Shown: positions 62,517-64,000 of the stretch, piece by piece
Position numbering within the stretch: the first letter of the stretch is position 1
How the letters are laid out: each line of letters begins with the position of its first letter
Program-made: the position numbers and the translations under genes
The notes under the pieces: generated by a model
Told to the model about the DNA's origin: nothing
The model's input: only the letters and a program-made list of their open reading frames with translations
Databases searched by the model: none
DNA from: the human T2T-CHM13v2.0 reference genome, Homo sapiens
Strand: one strand, 5' to 3'
Assembly: GCF_009914755.1 (NCBI RefSeq)
Contig: NC_060930.1
Length of the DNA stretch: 64,000 bases

Positions 62517-64000
62517 TTTTTTATTATTATACTTTAAGTTCTAGGGTACATGTGCACAACGTGCAGGTTTGTTACATATGTATACATGTGCCATGTTGGT
62601 TTGCTGCACCCATGAACTCGTAATTTACGTTAGCTATTTCTCCTAATGCTATCCCTCCCCTAGACCCCATGCCCCAACAGGCCCCTGTGTGTGATGTTCC
62701 CTGCCCTGTGTCCAAGTGATCTCATTGTTCAGTTCCCACCTGTGAGTGAGAACATGTGGTGTTTGGTTTTCTGTCCTTGTGATAGTTTGCTGAGAATTAT
62801 GGTTTCCAGCTTCATCCATGTCCCTGCAAAGAACATGAACTCATCCTTTTTTATGGCTGCATAGTATTCCATGGTGTATATGTGTCACATTTCCTTAATC
62901 TAGTCTATCACTGATGGACATTTGGGTTGGTTCCTAGTTTTTGCTATTGTGAATAGTGGTGCAATAAACATACGTATGCATGTGTCTTTACACTAGCACG
63001 ATTTATAATCCTTTGGGTATATACCCAGTAATGGGATGGCTGGGTCAAATGGTATTTCTAGTTCTAGATCCTTGAGGAATCGCCACACTGTCTTTCACCA
63101 TGGTTGAACTAATTTACAGTCCCACCAACAGTGTAAAAGCGTTCCTATGTCTCCACATCCTCTCCAGCATCTGTTGTTTCCTGACTTTTTAACGATCACC
63201 ATTCTAACTGGTGTGAGATGGTATCTCATTGTGGTTTTGATTTGCATTTCTCTGATGACCAGTGATGATGAGCATGTTTGCATGTGTCTGTTGGCTGCAT
63301 AAATGTCTTCTTTTGAGAAGTGTCTGTTCACATCCTTTGCCCACTTTTTGATGGTTTTTTTTTTTTTCTTATAAATTTGTTGAAGTTCTTTGTAGATTCT
63401 GGATATTAGCCCTTTGTCAGATGGGTAGATTGCAAAAAAATTCTCCCATTCTGTAGGTCACCTGTTCACTCTGACGGTAGTTTCTTTTGCTGTGGAGAAG
63501 CTCTTTAGTTTAATTAGATTCCATTTGTCTATTTCGGCTTTTGTTGCCATTGTTTTTTGTATTTTAGTCATGAAGTCCTTGCCCATGCCTATGTCCTGAA
63601 TGGTATTGCATAGGTTTTCTTCTAGGGTTTTTATGGTTTTAGGTCTAACATGTAAGTCTTTAATCCATCTTGAATTAATTTTTTATAAGGTGTAAGGAAG
63701 GGATCCAGTTTCAGCTTTCTCCATATGGCTAGCCAGTTTTCCAAGCACCATTTATTAAATAGGGAATCCTTTCCCCATTGCTTGTTTTTGTCAGGTTTGT
63801 CAAAGATCAGATGGTTGTAGATGTGTAATGTTATTTCTGAGGGCTCTGTTCTGTTCCATTGGTCTATATATCTGTTTTGGTACCAGTACCATGCTGTTTC
63901 GGTTACTGTAGCCTTGTAGTATAGTTTGAAGTCAGGTAGTGTGATGCCTCCAGCTTTGTTCTTTTGGCTTAGGATTGTCTTGGCAATGTGGGCTGCTTTT
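62517..64000 (-). mobile_element. L1PA (about PA6-7) 3' portion, continuing beyond the window
   Basis: attatactttaagttctagggtacatgtgcacaac 3' end; ORF 63095-63331 is the ORF2 C-terminus. Confidence 0.96.

Overview
This is primate (human-like) AT-rich, repeat-dense intergenic or deep-intronic DNA. I cannot support any protein-coding exon, tRNA, rRNA or CRISPR array; the long ORFs in the track are transposon-derived and the rest look like chance ORFs. Main contents: (1) an old L3/CR1 LINE remnant. (2) A structurally complete but non-coding MER61-like ERV1 provirus (3578-10013) inserted into a MIR. It keeps both LTRs, a tRNA-Ile PBS, a PPT, gag/env remnants and a perfect zero-spacer p53 response element in the 5' LTR. 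(3) A full-length decayed L1PA (about PA5, minus strand, 17-bp TSD) that retains the ZNF93-type 5'UTR segment and an open ORF0. (4) A three-level nest MLT2 > HSMAR2 mariner > L1PA, with the mariner bracketed by inverted (AC)20/(GT)20. (5) A near full-length L1PA7-like element lying head-to-head with the first L1. (6) A solo LTR1-family LTR plus many Alus, MaLR/MLT LTRs, hAT/Tc MITEs and older L1M/L2 fragments. The most unusual unexplained structure is a 107-bp hairpin at 52022-52128 with a nested alternative hairpin and no repeat identity I recognise. Subfamily names come from memory of consensus sequences and need RepeatMasker/Dfam confirmation.
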